From Geosiphon pyriformis uo1 (Eukaryota; Fungi; Glomeromycota), in NCBI GenBank assembly GCA_016748015.1, contig JAAOMT010000289.1, forward strand, positions 760,470 through 824,469: 64,000 bases of DNA, written 5' to 3'. Position 1 is the stretch's first letter. The number at the start of each line of letters is the position of its first letter. Shown here piece by piece: positions 15,108-29,093 of this stretch. Below the pieces are notes generated by a model, which searched no databases, was not told where the DNA came from, and worked only from the letters and a program-made list of their open reading frames with translations. The position numbers were made by a program, and so were the translations under genes.

Positions 15108-16639
15108 CTATGCTTCCAATTGAAATCCTACTCCGAATCTTGACGTACTCTAAATATAACCAATGAAACGGTTCCGTGTTAAAAATATCAAGCCATTTGC
15201 TTCATCAATTTTCAGTTTCATTTGGATAGTTACCTTTGAATGTTCAATATCTCCTGTGATTATAAAACTAAACCCTGGGGCGATTTTTTCTTCTAAAACT
15301 ACACTTACACGACCTGAAGTATCCACCTAAGTCACACACCAATAATGAAGTTTTAATATAAGAAATCTATGTGGACAAAGCTCACCAGAAAAACTACAGA
15401 CCTGGCCTCTGAATGTTGCTGCTCGGAAGTCAAACTTGCCACCCTGTTAAAAGATAGCTTACATTATTATTATTTTTATCAATTGTCATTTCAAACTAAA
15501 TCTCACTTACAAATGTGCACATGGCTTCTCTTCTGCCCTGAGCGGCAATAATCTGCAATTCAGTTCCAAAATCGACTTTTTCATTGATTTTTTGATAATA
15601 TGACGCAATTAGGGTCCCTACGGAATTCCATTGCAATGTAGCAATATAATCACTGCTAGAATATTTCGCTACCAGAGACTTGTTAGTCTCTTCAACTTCT
15701 TGACTTGGCCTTTGATATACTAATTCTGTACCCAATGCAAGTTTTTTTGTGATTGATTGTAGATAGCTGAATATGAAAATCCCACTGCTCTCAACAGGCG
15801 AAGGATTTAAGGTTTTAAAATTGATTGAAAAATCGGGGCCTTGATAGTCTTGTTCAAGCTGTAGTAATGAGTGCCCTGGGGTTGATGACAACTTATCAAG
15901 ACGAAATTGTAAGGATTTAGTTGATCATTGAACAAAATTTACGGGATTAATAAAGATTTTGAGCAGATTTTTACTTGTGCTTGGATCTTGGAAACGTTCT
16001 TTGCGTTCCAAGCATAATTCGTACGCGCAGTAAGGTGGCCGTCAGTGTCAATAGTCCCATGGAGAAATGCCTAGTATTGGGTTAGGGATACAATTTAAAG
16101 CTTTGATTAAAGATTCTATTGAAAGAGTGGTAGAAAAATAAACAAATCACGTCAAAATTACCTTAGTCCCAACATAAGCAGCACCAAAGCTGTAAGATGG
16201 AGGAGTTATAGTGGACCCAAGTGAAAAATTGTGTGATACTTGAAAATTCGGCGATAAAACTTTCGTCAAATCACCTCGGCCACCATCAAACAAATGGTTC
16301 GTAAGGAAAGTTGCTACAATTGAGACAAAGAAAAATTAGGGGTAAACAGAAGCGATGATTTCGCCTCACGGTTAACCCTAGTTTTGTCGCGTCAATAGGG
16401 AAAGCTCAAAGTTGGAATGTTCTTTCCGAATGAACTAAGAAGTTGAAGATGATTTAAAAAGTAAGCCTACTTTTAACCTCCCGGTGTAAACTTTCGTAGG
16501 TGCCAGGATTGGGCAAATTCAACCTTTTACTGTAGTCTGTTAGCCCGCTAAAAAGTGACTTCAGACTCCAGGTATTTTTTGAAATGTTATTGAAAGAGCT
16601 AGTTTTAGACGTCGAATTTTTTTCCTCTACACCAGCCAT
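15108..16639 (-). CDS. TOM40: Mitochondrial outer membrane translocase channel Tom40, multi-exon
   Basis: LNLPNPGTYESLHREVK, FLTNHLFDGGRGDLTKVLSPNFQVSHNFSLG, LQLEQDYQGPDFSINFKTLNP, SYLQSITKKLALGTE, TFRGQVDTSGRV, and C-terminal RFGVGFQLEA*. Confidence 0.96.
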
Positions 16640-18794
16640 TTTATTATATATTATTTTATTAACAAGAGTTACGCGTCGAGTTTCGGACAAACCGCCCAAA
16701 GAGACAAGATATTGTTGAATATTTCCGCGAAAAATTTTCGATTTGTGTGACATATGTCATAGTAATAACTATTGATTATGCATTTTTGTACATCAATGAC
16801 TCACAATGTTATTATTTAGCCCAAAAAAATTATTTGGCGTATTTACATTATAAATAAAATTTATCACAATATAAAATTATTTTGATTTTAAATTTTTTAT
16901 AAAGTTTGAATTTATTATGATTTTAAACAGGCATTATTTAATTAAAATTAATATATATTTATTATTATTAAAATAATTAAAAAATAATATTAATGAGTTA
17001 TAAAAAATAACCAAAATATATTTAATTATGTTAAACATTTCTAACTTTTATTTACAATTTACAAGCAAATTTGATTTTAAGCATTGCTAAAAAATATAAT
17101 TATATTAATTAAATATTTTTAAAAAGTATTTTTTTAATAATTAACAAATATTTGAGTTTTTTTATAATATATAGAACATAATAATTTTGAATTAATATAT
17201 ATTTTCAAAAAAAAACAAGTATAAAATAAAATTAATTAATAACTTAAATAAACTATAAAGTATATATAAAATTGAAAAAAATTTATAAAAATTATATTTT
17301 ATATTATAAATAAATATTTTTTGCTTTTTAGTTTTCTAAATTTTATGTTTACAATTAAAATAAAAAACAATTATTTGATAATATAATTAAAAAAACAATT
17401 AAAACTTTTTTTAACAATTAAATATAATATTATAAAAGTGTTTTTTAAAATATAAACTTAAACTTATTTTAATTATTATTAAAATAGTTTTTTTGGTAAA
17501 AATTTTATTAAAAAAACATTTTTAAAATTGTTTTTACTATTAAAAAAACTTTAATTATTAACAATATTAAATTAATAATTAAGCTTTTTTTTGTAAAGTT
17601 TTTTTATTATCTATATACATAAAACATATATATTTTATAATAAATATAAATTATATACTTTTTACATATAATTAGTTACTTAAATTTATGTTAAAACATT
17701 ATTAAACATTATATAATAATTTTATAAATTTATTTAAATTACATATAATATAGTCTTATATAACAAAAACATTAAAAAAAATTTAGAATTAAAAACAAAT
17801 TAAAATAACTTAAATATTTAATACAAAATAAATTAATAAATAAATTATTCAAAATTATATTATTAATATTATTAATATTTATCAACTTAATATCTATAAC
17901 ATAAATTAAATTTGATTTTTTATATTTAATTTTTAATTTAAATATTAATATTCAAAAAAATTACATAAATTTTACTATTTTAACAATAGTAATTTAATAA
18001 ATATAAAAATCTTAAAAACTTTTAAATATTATTTATAAAATACAAAATATTTAATTAAATTATGTATAAATAATAAGTGACTAATCATGTATAATAAGTA
18101 TATAAACTATATTTAATTAAATTTATTAATAAATTAAAAAAAACAAATAATTAATAATATTTAAATTATTTAATTTTTTATAGAAGAATAAAAAATTATA
18201 ATTTTATATAATTTTAAATTTACTTAAAAATAAATTCAACTAATTTATTCAGATTAACTTAAATTTAAAAACAATATTTATTTTAATTTTTGCATTAAAT
18301 ATATAGTTTAAAAATTTTATTTAATATAAATAATATTAGATATATTATATTATATTTTTTTATTATTATTAGTAATTTATTATATAATACTTTTAAAATA
18401 TAAGTTTTTAAATCAATAAATCTAATATTAATATAATTTAATTTAAAATATAAATTAAAATACTAAACCAAAATTATATAATCATAATTAATATTATTTA
18501 TTTAAAAAATTTTTAGCATATTTAAATTTTTAATAAATATAATTGGTAAAATTATATATATAATAAACAAAATAATAAATATTTTTAATAGCTAAATCAA
18601 AAAAACTTTGTAAAAAAACTTTTAATATCTAAAAAAAAACTGTATTTATTAATATATTAACCAATTTATTATTAATTACATTAAAATAATTTTTTAAAAC
18701 AAATAACTTTAACAATTTTATATTTTTCTAATTAATACTTATTTTTTTAATTAAATTTATTGTTTTTTAATTTAAATTAATACATTATAATAAC

Positions 18795-21700
18795 AAAAAA
18801 CTTCTTTCTTTCTTATTTCCAAAAATTCTTAAAAAGTGCATTTTTTGTAAAAAGAAGTTTTTTTGTTTTTTAGTCTATACCAATATTTCTTTACCTAATA
18901 ATAACCCATTTTTCATAGATATAAAAACTACTGCTAGTAACACCACATTTAAGAAGAAGACTCCTAAGGGCACTTTTTATGATTTTGCTGGTGGCTCCTT
19001 TTCTCAAAAGAAGAAAGTTGTTCTTGGTAATATTAAACACTCTGGTGATAAAAGAGATATATCCTTGAGCAAATTTGAATCCAGTAATAGTATTTATTCT
19101 GATGTGAAAAGTTTATCTGATGAGGATGAGGATGTTAGCATGTCTGGGGCAAATGGTGGGTCTCTTTTGGGCTTAGCTGCTACTATATCCAAGGCAAAGC
19201 GAGTCAACACTAGTGCTGGTTTTGGTTCTCTACTTGGCTCTTCTAACTTTTATATAGATAATAATGAAGTTGTGCTCTTTCCTCACTTGCCTATCTCCCT
19301 TGAAAAGAAGTGGATTGACCCAAAGATTATTAAAACTTCTGTAGAAGTGTCAGTTAAAAAGTCATTTGCTTTGGATATTAATCTATTAGCTGTGGAAGAA
19401 AAATTAGTGATGGCAAAAACTCAGTTAATTAGAAAATTTTTTTTAATAGTCAATGGTTTTGGGAGGGCCACTACCTCCTCAAAATTTGAAGAGATCATCC
19501 GATCTACCTTTACTTCAGAAAAGAACATGGAAATGGCCACATCATTGGCCAAAGAAAAAGGAATTAACGTAAACAACAATCTCAAGAGACAAGGAGTTCA
19601 TTCAGATTGAACTGTGATTGTCAAAAAAATTCCCATAGATATGCCTAAGAAAATGATCATTGCTGCACTAGCCAAGCTTGGTGAAATTAAGTTAATTAAA
19701 ATTCAACTTATTGGATTATGGCAAAAAGCAGTGGTAGAATTTGCTGAACTAGGTCAGGCTGAATATTTAGCTGCTAAATAGTTTTTTTTGATTGGGAAAG
19801 ATTCTGTGTGAGTGGCTATGGCTGTGGGAAATTGCAATGCATGAGCATCTAGAGACTGGTTCAGGGCTTTGTTGTTTACTTTGCCTGTGGAAATGACTGC
19901 TCATAATTTGGGCACTCTTTTGAAAAGTATTAGTGAAAAAACTTGTATTATAAATCGTTCATTGAATTCTGGCAATAGGCTTTGCTGTGCTGTGGTTGGT
20001 TTGAGTCTGAGGATGCAATGGAATCTGCTTATCATACTGAGTCAATATTTAGTGGTGTTAAATTATCTTGGGCTAAATTGGACTTAGTTTGTTGTGAAAA
20101 ATGTGGTCTTCTTGGCCATTCAGCTCTGGAGTGCAATGTACTGTCTCCACTCATTACCAAACTTTTGAAAATTGTTAAAAAAGTTACTTTAGAGAACTGT
20201 CGTCTTTAACTAGTGAAATTGTACATTAAAAAAAGTGTTCCTATTTCTAGATCTGCTGCCTTTGGTGGCAAATCTTGGGCACAAGTGGTCTCATTTGCTT
20301 TTTCTTCTGGTAACTTTTATTTCAGTTCTGGTACTAGGTCTGATTTTTTTTCTCCTGGTTCTTCAGGTTTTAAGAGAAATACACTGGTTGTTCAAAGTAA
20401 ATTCTCAATTAATAATTGTCTAACTTCACTTGAACGTTTTTTAGAGTTGCTAGCTGATCAAGTGTCAGATATCATGCGTAGATTAAATGGTGTAAAATTT
20501 GTGCCCCTAGTGTCTATTACTCAAGTTGTACTTCCAGCCACTCCTGTTCTTACATTGGCATCACTGGATACTAATATGGTTCTGGATGTCCCACAGTCAT
20601 CCCTTTTTCTCTCTTCTTCAGTATTAAAAAACAAAGTGGCAGATTTAGATTTGAGCAGTTTGAAGATTCTTACCTCCAAAGTTGGTGGTTTGGAATCCAA
20701 GATAATGGCTCTTGAGGTTTCTATTGGCTCAATCTTGAGGAAGTTAGATCTGTTGTGCATAAATTCAGGTTCTCTAATATACTCTTTGCATCAATGAGTG
20801 AGCTTATATGAAGAGTGGCTATGTGTAATATTAGGAGTATAACAAATTTAGCTAAACAAAAAGACATTGTCCGTTGGTATAAGGATTCAAGAAATATGAT
20901 TTCAATTGTTATTAAGACTAAATTGAGATCTAACATTAGGCTTTGGATCATAAATAAACTTGATAGATTTTGGGTTTTTACTTCTGGTTTGGATGTTGGG
21001 TTTCGTGGTACTGGAGTTGTTATAGTTATGAACAATTCTTTGGTTCAGCATGTTTCAAAAGTGAATGAGATTCCTGGTCATTTGATTTCTGTGTGCCTTC
21101 TATTCAAGAACAAACTTTCAGTTATAATCTTGGGTCTGTACACTGGTGCATTTATTAGCACATGGTTTAGTTAAGCTGCTGATATCAATTCTATGGTTTC
21201 CAAGACAGTCAATTTCAGCTCTTTTGTGGTTTTGGATAGTGACTTTAATGAAAATGGGTCTAGCAAAAGTGCAAGTTTCAAGTTCTGTTTGGGTTTGGGC
21301 CTGGTTAATACTTTTGATGGACACTTATTCCACCTGGAGCAATTCTAGAGGTGTTAAGAAAGTGATTAATTTTATTCTAGTTAGTAGAAATTTGGTATTT
21401 GCTATAGCATCGCATTTTGTCGATGGTATGTCTGAGTTTTTTGATACAGATTATAAGTCAGTTTCTGTTTCAATTGGTTTAAGTGGACTGCTGGATACAC
21501 ATCTTATTAGTGTTCACAAACAAGCCAACCAAGACCAGTGGAGATTCAAATTAAAGAATACAGATAATGTTCAATGATTAAGCTTTAAAGATTGCTTTTC
21601 TGCCAAGTTTTTGGTTAGATCGGACATGTTTGAAGAAACAAGAGTCACTGGTGACTTAAATACAATGTGGAAATTGTTGAAAGAGACCATAGTATAGACT

Positions 21701-24700
21701 ACTGACACAGTTTTTTCTAGGATATGGTATAGTAAGTATGACTGTTTGAGAAATAAACAATCTTCCAAATTCTTTAAATTAAAGCTACTTGTTGTAAAGG
21801 TTGTGAAATGTTGGAACTCTGGTGATTTTCTGAATTTCAACTGCCTTATTAAGGTTTGGTTGGCTGTTAATGCAGTTAAAACTTCTAAGGTTAATAGCAT
21901 GGTTTTGAATGGTGTAAGCTCGATGAAGTTAATTAAACATTTGTCAGTAATAAAGAAAGGGTATCATAAGTCCAAATATTATGAGTTTAAGGTTGTTGAA
22001 GATACTGCTATAAGGAAGACAATTGATCATCATATGGAAAACTTCTGTTCTGACAAAAGAAAGATGATAAAGAGCATTCTGGAATGTCTATTTTGCAAGG
22101 TGGTTTTGGATTACTTAGTAATGAATGATGAGCTGGTGGTTAAGCCTAATGAGGTGAAGCTCAAGGTTGACAAAATTATGGAAGGGTGGATAAGAAAGTA
22201 ATCAGTTCTTCTGGAAATACCTGACCTTTGGGCTCAATAATATATGTCTCTGGATTATGTGGATGATGATGCTTTTTCTGGTGTAATAGTTGATATGGAG
22301 AAATTGTCTCAGGCTGTTGATAATCTGCCAAACAATAAAGCAGCCGGGTTATCTGAGATACTGAATGAACTTTGGAAGCATTGTGGTGGGAAGATTTTGG
22401 TCTGTTTTTTGAAATTGTTGAATTTGTGCTTGAGTATAAGTGCAGTTCCTAATCTGTGGAAGGAAGCATGGATTTTAATGATTCCGAAACCTTATGAGTG
22501 AAATGGTATTCTAACAAATACCAGACCTATCACATTGATCAAGACAGCATATAAATTATTATCTAAGATCTTATCTGATCAGATATCTTTGGCTTGTAGC
22601 AAGTTTAATGTTTTTTGTATTGACAATTTTTCAGTATTGAAAGGTACTTCGACCCAATCTCCTATTTTTACTATTGGCTTAGTTGTTGAGAATACTCTAG
22701 AGAAAAACAGAGAGCTTTGGTTAGTGCTACAGGATATATGCAAAGCTTATAATTCGGTAGGCTGGCATTATTTGCAAGCAAGCTTGCTTTACATCAAAAT
22801 GTGTGGACATTTCATCCAATTTTTTGGCAACATTTATGGGGACCAGCTCAACAGAATGATGACTGATTTTGGGCTCTCGAATAATTATAGAGTACATAAT
22901 AAGTTAGATCAAGGGGAGGTCTTTTCCCCACTGCTTTAGAGAATATTTTATGATCCACTTTTGTGTGAAGTGAAAAGGCATGAGCAATTATGTAGGTATA
23001 GGATTGATTCTTGATTTGTAGCAAAGTCTAACAGAATTGAGGCGAATGGAAAAAAAACCTCTTTTTTGGCTGCAGGTGTTTTTATTAATGATACGATTTG
23101 GGTCAGAAGTAGTTAGGCATCTATGCAATATATTTTGAATATTGCAAGTGAATTTTTTGTGATTAATGACATCTCAATTAATAACAATAAAATGGTAGTG
23201 ATTTCTATCAATTGAGAGGTTAAGAATGCTTTGTTATTAATTAATGAAGTGCCAATTTTGATTGCTAGAAAGGGTAAGTTACACTGATACTTGGGTATCT
23301 TTCTGTTAACTGAGAGTCTCTCTAAGCCTAGTTTGGCTCAAGTCCATAAGAATGTTAAGTTTTTTTCTAATATAATGTTAAGAAAAACTATTACGGACAA
23401 ACAATTCTGTTATTTGGTTTTGGCAGTTTTGCAGTCTATTGTTAGCTATTGTGTACAGTTCAGTTTTGTTATTTTAGATATGTGTCATAAGTGGGATATT
23501 ATGATTAGAAAAAATCTTAGAGCTAAAGCTGGTTTATCATGTAACTTCTCCAGTAAGATCTTGCATCACCCTTTTTTATATGGATTAAAGCCTTTTGAGC
23601 AAGTGCAGTTTGAAGAAAAACTGGCATCACTGATTTCATTTTCTAATGGCCACGGCATTCTTAGACATTTATTTGATCATAGATTTTTGGATTTGCAAGT
23701 TTTAGAATGGTTTTTTTTAAATCTTTTGCAATTTCTTGTTAAGTTGCATGTTAATTCTGTTAACAATTTCTTGGCAGAAGTGGTGAAGATCTTTTTGGAG
23801 AATGAATTATCCTTGTCAAACAATTTATCTTGTGCCTTTCATGAGTCTGGCAATTTTCCAATGTCTGGCATTCTGGGTCAGTCTTTGTATTACAAATCCA
23901 TTTTTTCATTGAAGCATTTTGGTGTTGTTTTTGGTGACAGAATTTTTAACAAGAAAGGAAAGATGATGGACTAGAAAACATTTTGGCATTGGAAGTGATT
24001 AGACCCAAGAAGCCCTGTGCTTTACTGGTTTTTTTTAACATTTGATTTTATAAATAATTATATTTCTTTGGGGGTCGGAGCTGCTACTACTACTGAAGAA
24101 GATGTGCTGAGTGTTTTGGATTCTGATAGGTTCTCTGAAGTTTATGATAGTTTGCTGAAGATGTGGTCTGATTGTATTAAGGTGTATACAGATGGGTCCT
24201 TGAGATGTGCTGGTTCTGTTGAGGCAGCAGGTGGAGCAGCTGCATACTTTTCAGCTATAAACGTGAGCATTGGGATTAAGATTGCTGGACTTTTGTCCTC
24301 TACTTTAGCTAAACTGCAAGCTATGATGTTGGCCTTAGAGTGTGTTTCATCTTCTTGCTCAGTAGTTTTATACTCAGATAGTTAATCTGTGATTGATGCC
24401 TGCATTTCTGAGGCTTCTTTGACTACATCTAACTTCCGTAACCAATGTTGGATCAAAAAATTGCAAATTGTCAATCTCCTTAAAAACAAGAATATTTCAA
24501 TTAAGTAGGTGAAGATTAAAGGATATTCAAATGTATTGGGCAATATAAAGGCTAACACACTGGCTAATAAGGCTACTTTCTCATTTCTTTCTTTGCCAGT
24601 TAATATCCGGAAGAGGTTTCTAGTTGTTGAAAAGACTGTCATATTTGGCAATGTTTGTCATTTTGCTCAGGACTTACACTGGTCAATATGCTGTACTCAT

Positions 24701-25604
24701 TGAGAGGCTGGTCTGGGTTTTGGTATAGTTCTAAATGTTATGATTAAGGAAATAGATTGGGATGCTACTGTGACAGTTTGGCATCCTGATTCACACATGC
24801 TTTCTGGATTTACCAGTAGGAAGTTAGCTAATTTATGCATGTATTTAATAAAGGCTGTATATAGATGGCTGCCAGTTGCAGTTAGAAAGAGGTTGTACAG
24901 CAGAAGTTATCCTGGTGTTTTGTGTTTGTTGTGTGGCAAGATAGAGTTTTCTGATCATGTTTTTGCTTGTTTTGGTGACTCTGGTCTCTGTGAGGACATT
25001 TTGGTTGAAGCTGCTGAAAAATAGATGTTAATGTCTGATCTTATGAGTTCGTCTCCATCTGCTATTTTGCTTTTGCTTTTGTTATATCCTTTGGATATGG
25101 GTCTTTATACAGCAGTGTGCAAGGGTTTTGTAATGAAAAATTGGTATGCCAAAGCTGTTTCAGTTTTTGAGAAAAGAAAGAAAGCTACTCAGACCCTAGT
25201 AGAATTTATCAAATTTGTGGTGGAATTGTAGCGTACTCAAATATAGACTATTAGGATTAAGCATAGAATGGAGATGGAAAAGGCTGGCTTGGTTGAGGAT
25301 AATGATATGGTTTCTAGCTTGTCCAGCAATGTAGTTTCTACATTGTTGGCTGGTGTTGTCTGTATGCTTGGTATTATAGAATCTTTTGCTGTCAAGTTTG
25401 ATAGGCACAAATTGTGTCGTTTTTTCTCTGGTTTAAGTAGTAATGCTTTTGTTGCCATAGGTGTATAGTGTTGCCTTGTCTGGCCCAAGTGGCTGGCCAT
25501 ATGTAGTCTGTACATAAGCTGCATTTAATTGGTTCCACTTAGTTTGGTTCTATGTACTAAATAGCAGTTGGGCTTTATTTGTAAAACTTGTAATAAAAAA
25601 AAAA
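18795..25604 (+). mobile_element. Full-length LINE of a second subfamily, more decayed; ORF1 + APE-RT-RNaseH ORF2; candidate 8-bp TSD ATAATAAC
   Basis: Same domain order as 3915-10667 (CEKCGLLGHSALEC, MCNIRS, QGEVFSP, YTDGS, CLLCGKIEFSDHVFAC). Poly(A) at 25595-25605. ATAATAAC at 18787-18794 and 25605-25612. Confidence 0.93.
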
Positions 25605-28600
25605 ATAATAACTATTTAACTTTTTATATTAATAATATATTCTTTGTTAATAAAAATATATATTAAAATTAATATAAAATAATAAGTTTAATAAAAATTA
25701 ATAATATAATATTCTGAATTTTAATACATATTTTATTTAAATTATTAAAATAAGTAATAATATTACTAATTACAAAACTAAATTTTTAATTAATTTATTA
25801 ATAAAAATATAATTTTATTATTATTATTATTATTATATAATTATAAATTATTTATATTTAATATAGCAATTTTATTATTAATAAATTTTAAATAAATAAT
25901 ATAAACTTTGAATTAATTAGAAATTAAAATTCATATATTTTTATTTTTAAAATGTTCTAATTTATTATAATATTTTTTGTTTTTTAATTTATTAAAATAC
26001 ATAAAATCAATTTTTTTAAATATTTAACAAACTTATTAAATTTGTCTATACTTAAAATATTTAAAATTACTATTTTTAAAGCAAAATCAAAAAATATAAT
26101 ATTAATATTATTTATATTAAGTTTTATAAATATATTAATTATATTAACTAAAAAAATTATAAAAGCTTTTTTAGCAGATTATTTATGTTAGCAAATTTTA
26201 TTATTATTATAATTTTATTTTCTAATTTTAATTAAATATTTTAATATTTTATAATAATAATAATAAATAGTTTTAATTAAAAAGTTTTTAAACAAATTTG
26301 CTTTTATTTTTAACTTTTTTTAATTAATAAATTTTATTTTTATATAAATTTTTATTTATTTAAGCTTTATAAATAATAATTAAATACAAAACTGCTATAA
26401 TTAAATAAATAAACTGCTTATTTAATATGGTTTTTTAAATATTAAACTTGGTTTTCTTAATTTATAAATAATATAATACTTAAATATTTATAAAGTTTTT
26501 TAAGCTTTATTATATTAATACTTTAAATTAATGTTTTTTATTTTATAATTAATTAAAATTATTATAGTTTTTTTTATATTTATTAAAATATTATTAATCT
26601 AAAAAAATTAATGTAAAATAAAAACATCTTTTTGTTTATTAATCTTATTAATAAATTTTATATTAATTTTACAACCAAAAAAAAATTCTTTTTTCTTGAT
26701 TTTACATAAAAATAAATTATAAAATATGTACTAAAAGAGAAATAAAATTTTTTTTTCTTAATTTAAATTGTAAATTTAAAGTTTAATATAATTTTATTTT
26801 TGTAATTATAATAAATATTGGCCAAAAATTACAAATTTATCACATATTTTTATTTTTTTAAGGATTTTTTTCAAATTAATTTAATTAACAAATTATATAT
26901 TTTTATATATTTTAAAAAACCAATTACAGTTTTTTTTTTCTAAAGTATTTTTAACAATAAAATTAACTAAAAAAATAAATTTTATATTAAAATATTTTCA
27001 AAAAAATTTTTTTTTTTAATATTCTGTTATAATTACAAGTTTTTAATATTTAATTAGTAAAATTTTTTTAAAAAAACTTCTTAATAATCTTAATTAAAAA
27101 ATTTATTATTTATAAAACTTAATTTTAAATCTTAAGAACATTTTTTACATATAAACAAAAATTAAAAAATTCAAAAGTAAATTATATATTAAAAAATTAT
27201 TATGTTTTTATTATTTATTAGAAATCTTAAAAAATTAATTACTTTTTTATTAAATAATTTTTTTAATAATACCAAAAATTTTTCAAAAATTTTTTATTTT
27301 CTATTTTATTTTTTTGTAATTAAATTTTATTATAGATTTAACTTTACATAAATTAAAAATATTATTATTATTATGTGTTAAATTATTATTATAAAAATTT
27401 AATAATAAATTAAAACTTTTTTTTTATTATATTTTAATTGTTTTTTTGCTATATTTTTTATTATTTTACAAAATACAAATTTTTTGTCTTAAAATTAATA
27501 ATTATTATTAATAGTAATATAATAATAAAAAAGTTATTTATAATTTTATTAAAAAATGTAAATAAAAATATTAAAACTTTTAAAATAAAACATTTTTTTT
27601 TTAAATAGTAGTTTGACTAATATTAATAAATTTGAAAACATAAAAATTAATTTTAATAAAAAAATAGATAATAATAAAAATAAATTTAAAATAAATAATA
27701 AAAATAAACTTTTTTTTAAATTTTTAAATAAATATTTTTAAGATAAAAAAAGTAAATATTAATAAGATAATAATTTTTTTATTAAATAAAATAATTTATA
27801 ATATTAAAGATAAAAAGATATTTTTTTGTTTGTTTTTTTTATTATATTAAAATTTAATTTAAAGTTTCAAAAAATTAAGTTCAAATTATAAATATTTTAA
27901 CTTAAAATTAATATAAATCAAAATTTTATAACTTAATTTAACCGATCAAGTTTTATATATAAGTAAATTAAATCTTAATTTAGTTTTTTTAACTTAAAAA
28001 ATAATAAATAACAAATTAAGTTAAATTATAAGTTATTAAACTTAACCCAATTTTTAAAATAAATTTTTTTTGAATTAAATTCAAATTAAATCAAGACTTA
28101 AATTAATTTAAATTATTAAAAACTTTAGTTTAATTAGTTTATTTTAATAATTATTAAAAAAAATTAAAAGTTATTATAAAAAAATTTTATATTTTAAATA
28201 TTAATTTATTAATTATTAAAAAAAAAGTTCTGTAAAAAAAATATAAACTATTAAAAAATTATTTTTATTAATAAATGATTTTAAAAGAGTTTTTAATTTT
28301 TTAAAGTTTTAAAAAATTATTAGATTTATATTTATATTAAAATTTAATTTGATTAAAAGTACAATATTGACTATAAAAATGAGTATTCTAATAAATAATA
28401 ATTTTAAAAAATTAGACATAATATTAAATTAAATTGTAATTATTAAAAAAAATTTTATAAATATTTTTAAAAAAGTAATTATTTTGTTTAAGTTTGACAA
28501 AATAATATTAATTTAATTATAACTAATTAAATTATGACAACTAATTGTTTTAAAAAATAAAAAGTTTGTAATTTTTTTATTTTTTGTTCTAGTTATAATT

Positions 28601-28610
28601 ATAAAAATAT

Positions 28611-29093
28611 GTGCTGAAGGATTGGCTTACAGAGACTATTGGGATTTTTGATAATACAAAGAAAACCAACTCTGCTGTTGTTGATTTTGTAAGATATCTG
28701 ATAGAGTTACATTATTTTAGGGTTTGGTTAATGAGGTTTAAGTTTAGAGTTGATATAAAAAAGACTGGCTTAATTGAAAACAATAGTGTAATATCAAATT
28801 TGTTATGTAGTTTGACATTAATACTATTAGATAGTACAATTAGGATGTTTGGTATTATTGAGTTTTTTGTTATTAATTTTGGTTATTATAGATTATGCTT
28901 TTTTTTCTGGTCTGAATTGTGATATAAATATTAGTATAAGTGTTTAGTATTGCTTTGTCTGGTCTAAGTGGCTAGTTACATGTAATAAGTGTATAAGCTA
29001 TATTTAGTTTAAGCCACTTAGTTTGGTTTTATGTATTAGATAGTAGTTGGACTTTACTTAATAAATATTTTTATAAAAAAAATAAAAAAAAAT
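28611..29093 (+). mobile_element. 5'-truncated LINE 3' end (subfamily of the 18795 element)
   Basis: ORF 28611-28922 matches the ORF2 C-terminus at 25130-25468. The 3' UTR gtctggtctaagtggctag..cacttagtttggtt matches 25478-25550. A-rich tail. Confidence 0.85.

Noticed and set aside
16336-16380. TTAGGG/CCCTA telomere-like motifs
   Set aside because: Single occurrences forming a hairpin in a TOM40 intron, not an array.
18795-25604. Programmed stop-codon readthrough or an alternative genetic code explaining in-frame stops
   Set aside because: The stops are of all three types and replace W, Q and R codons at different sites in different copies. Host genes use standard stops, so mutational decay explains them.
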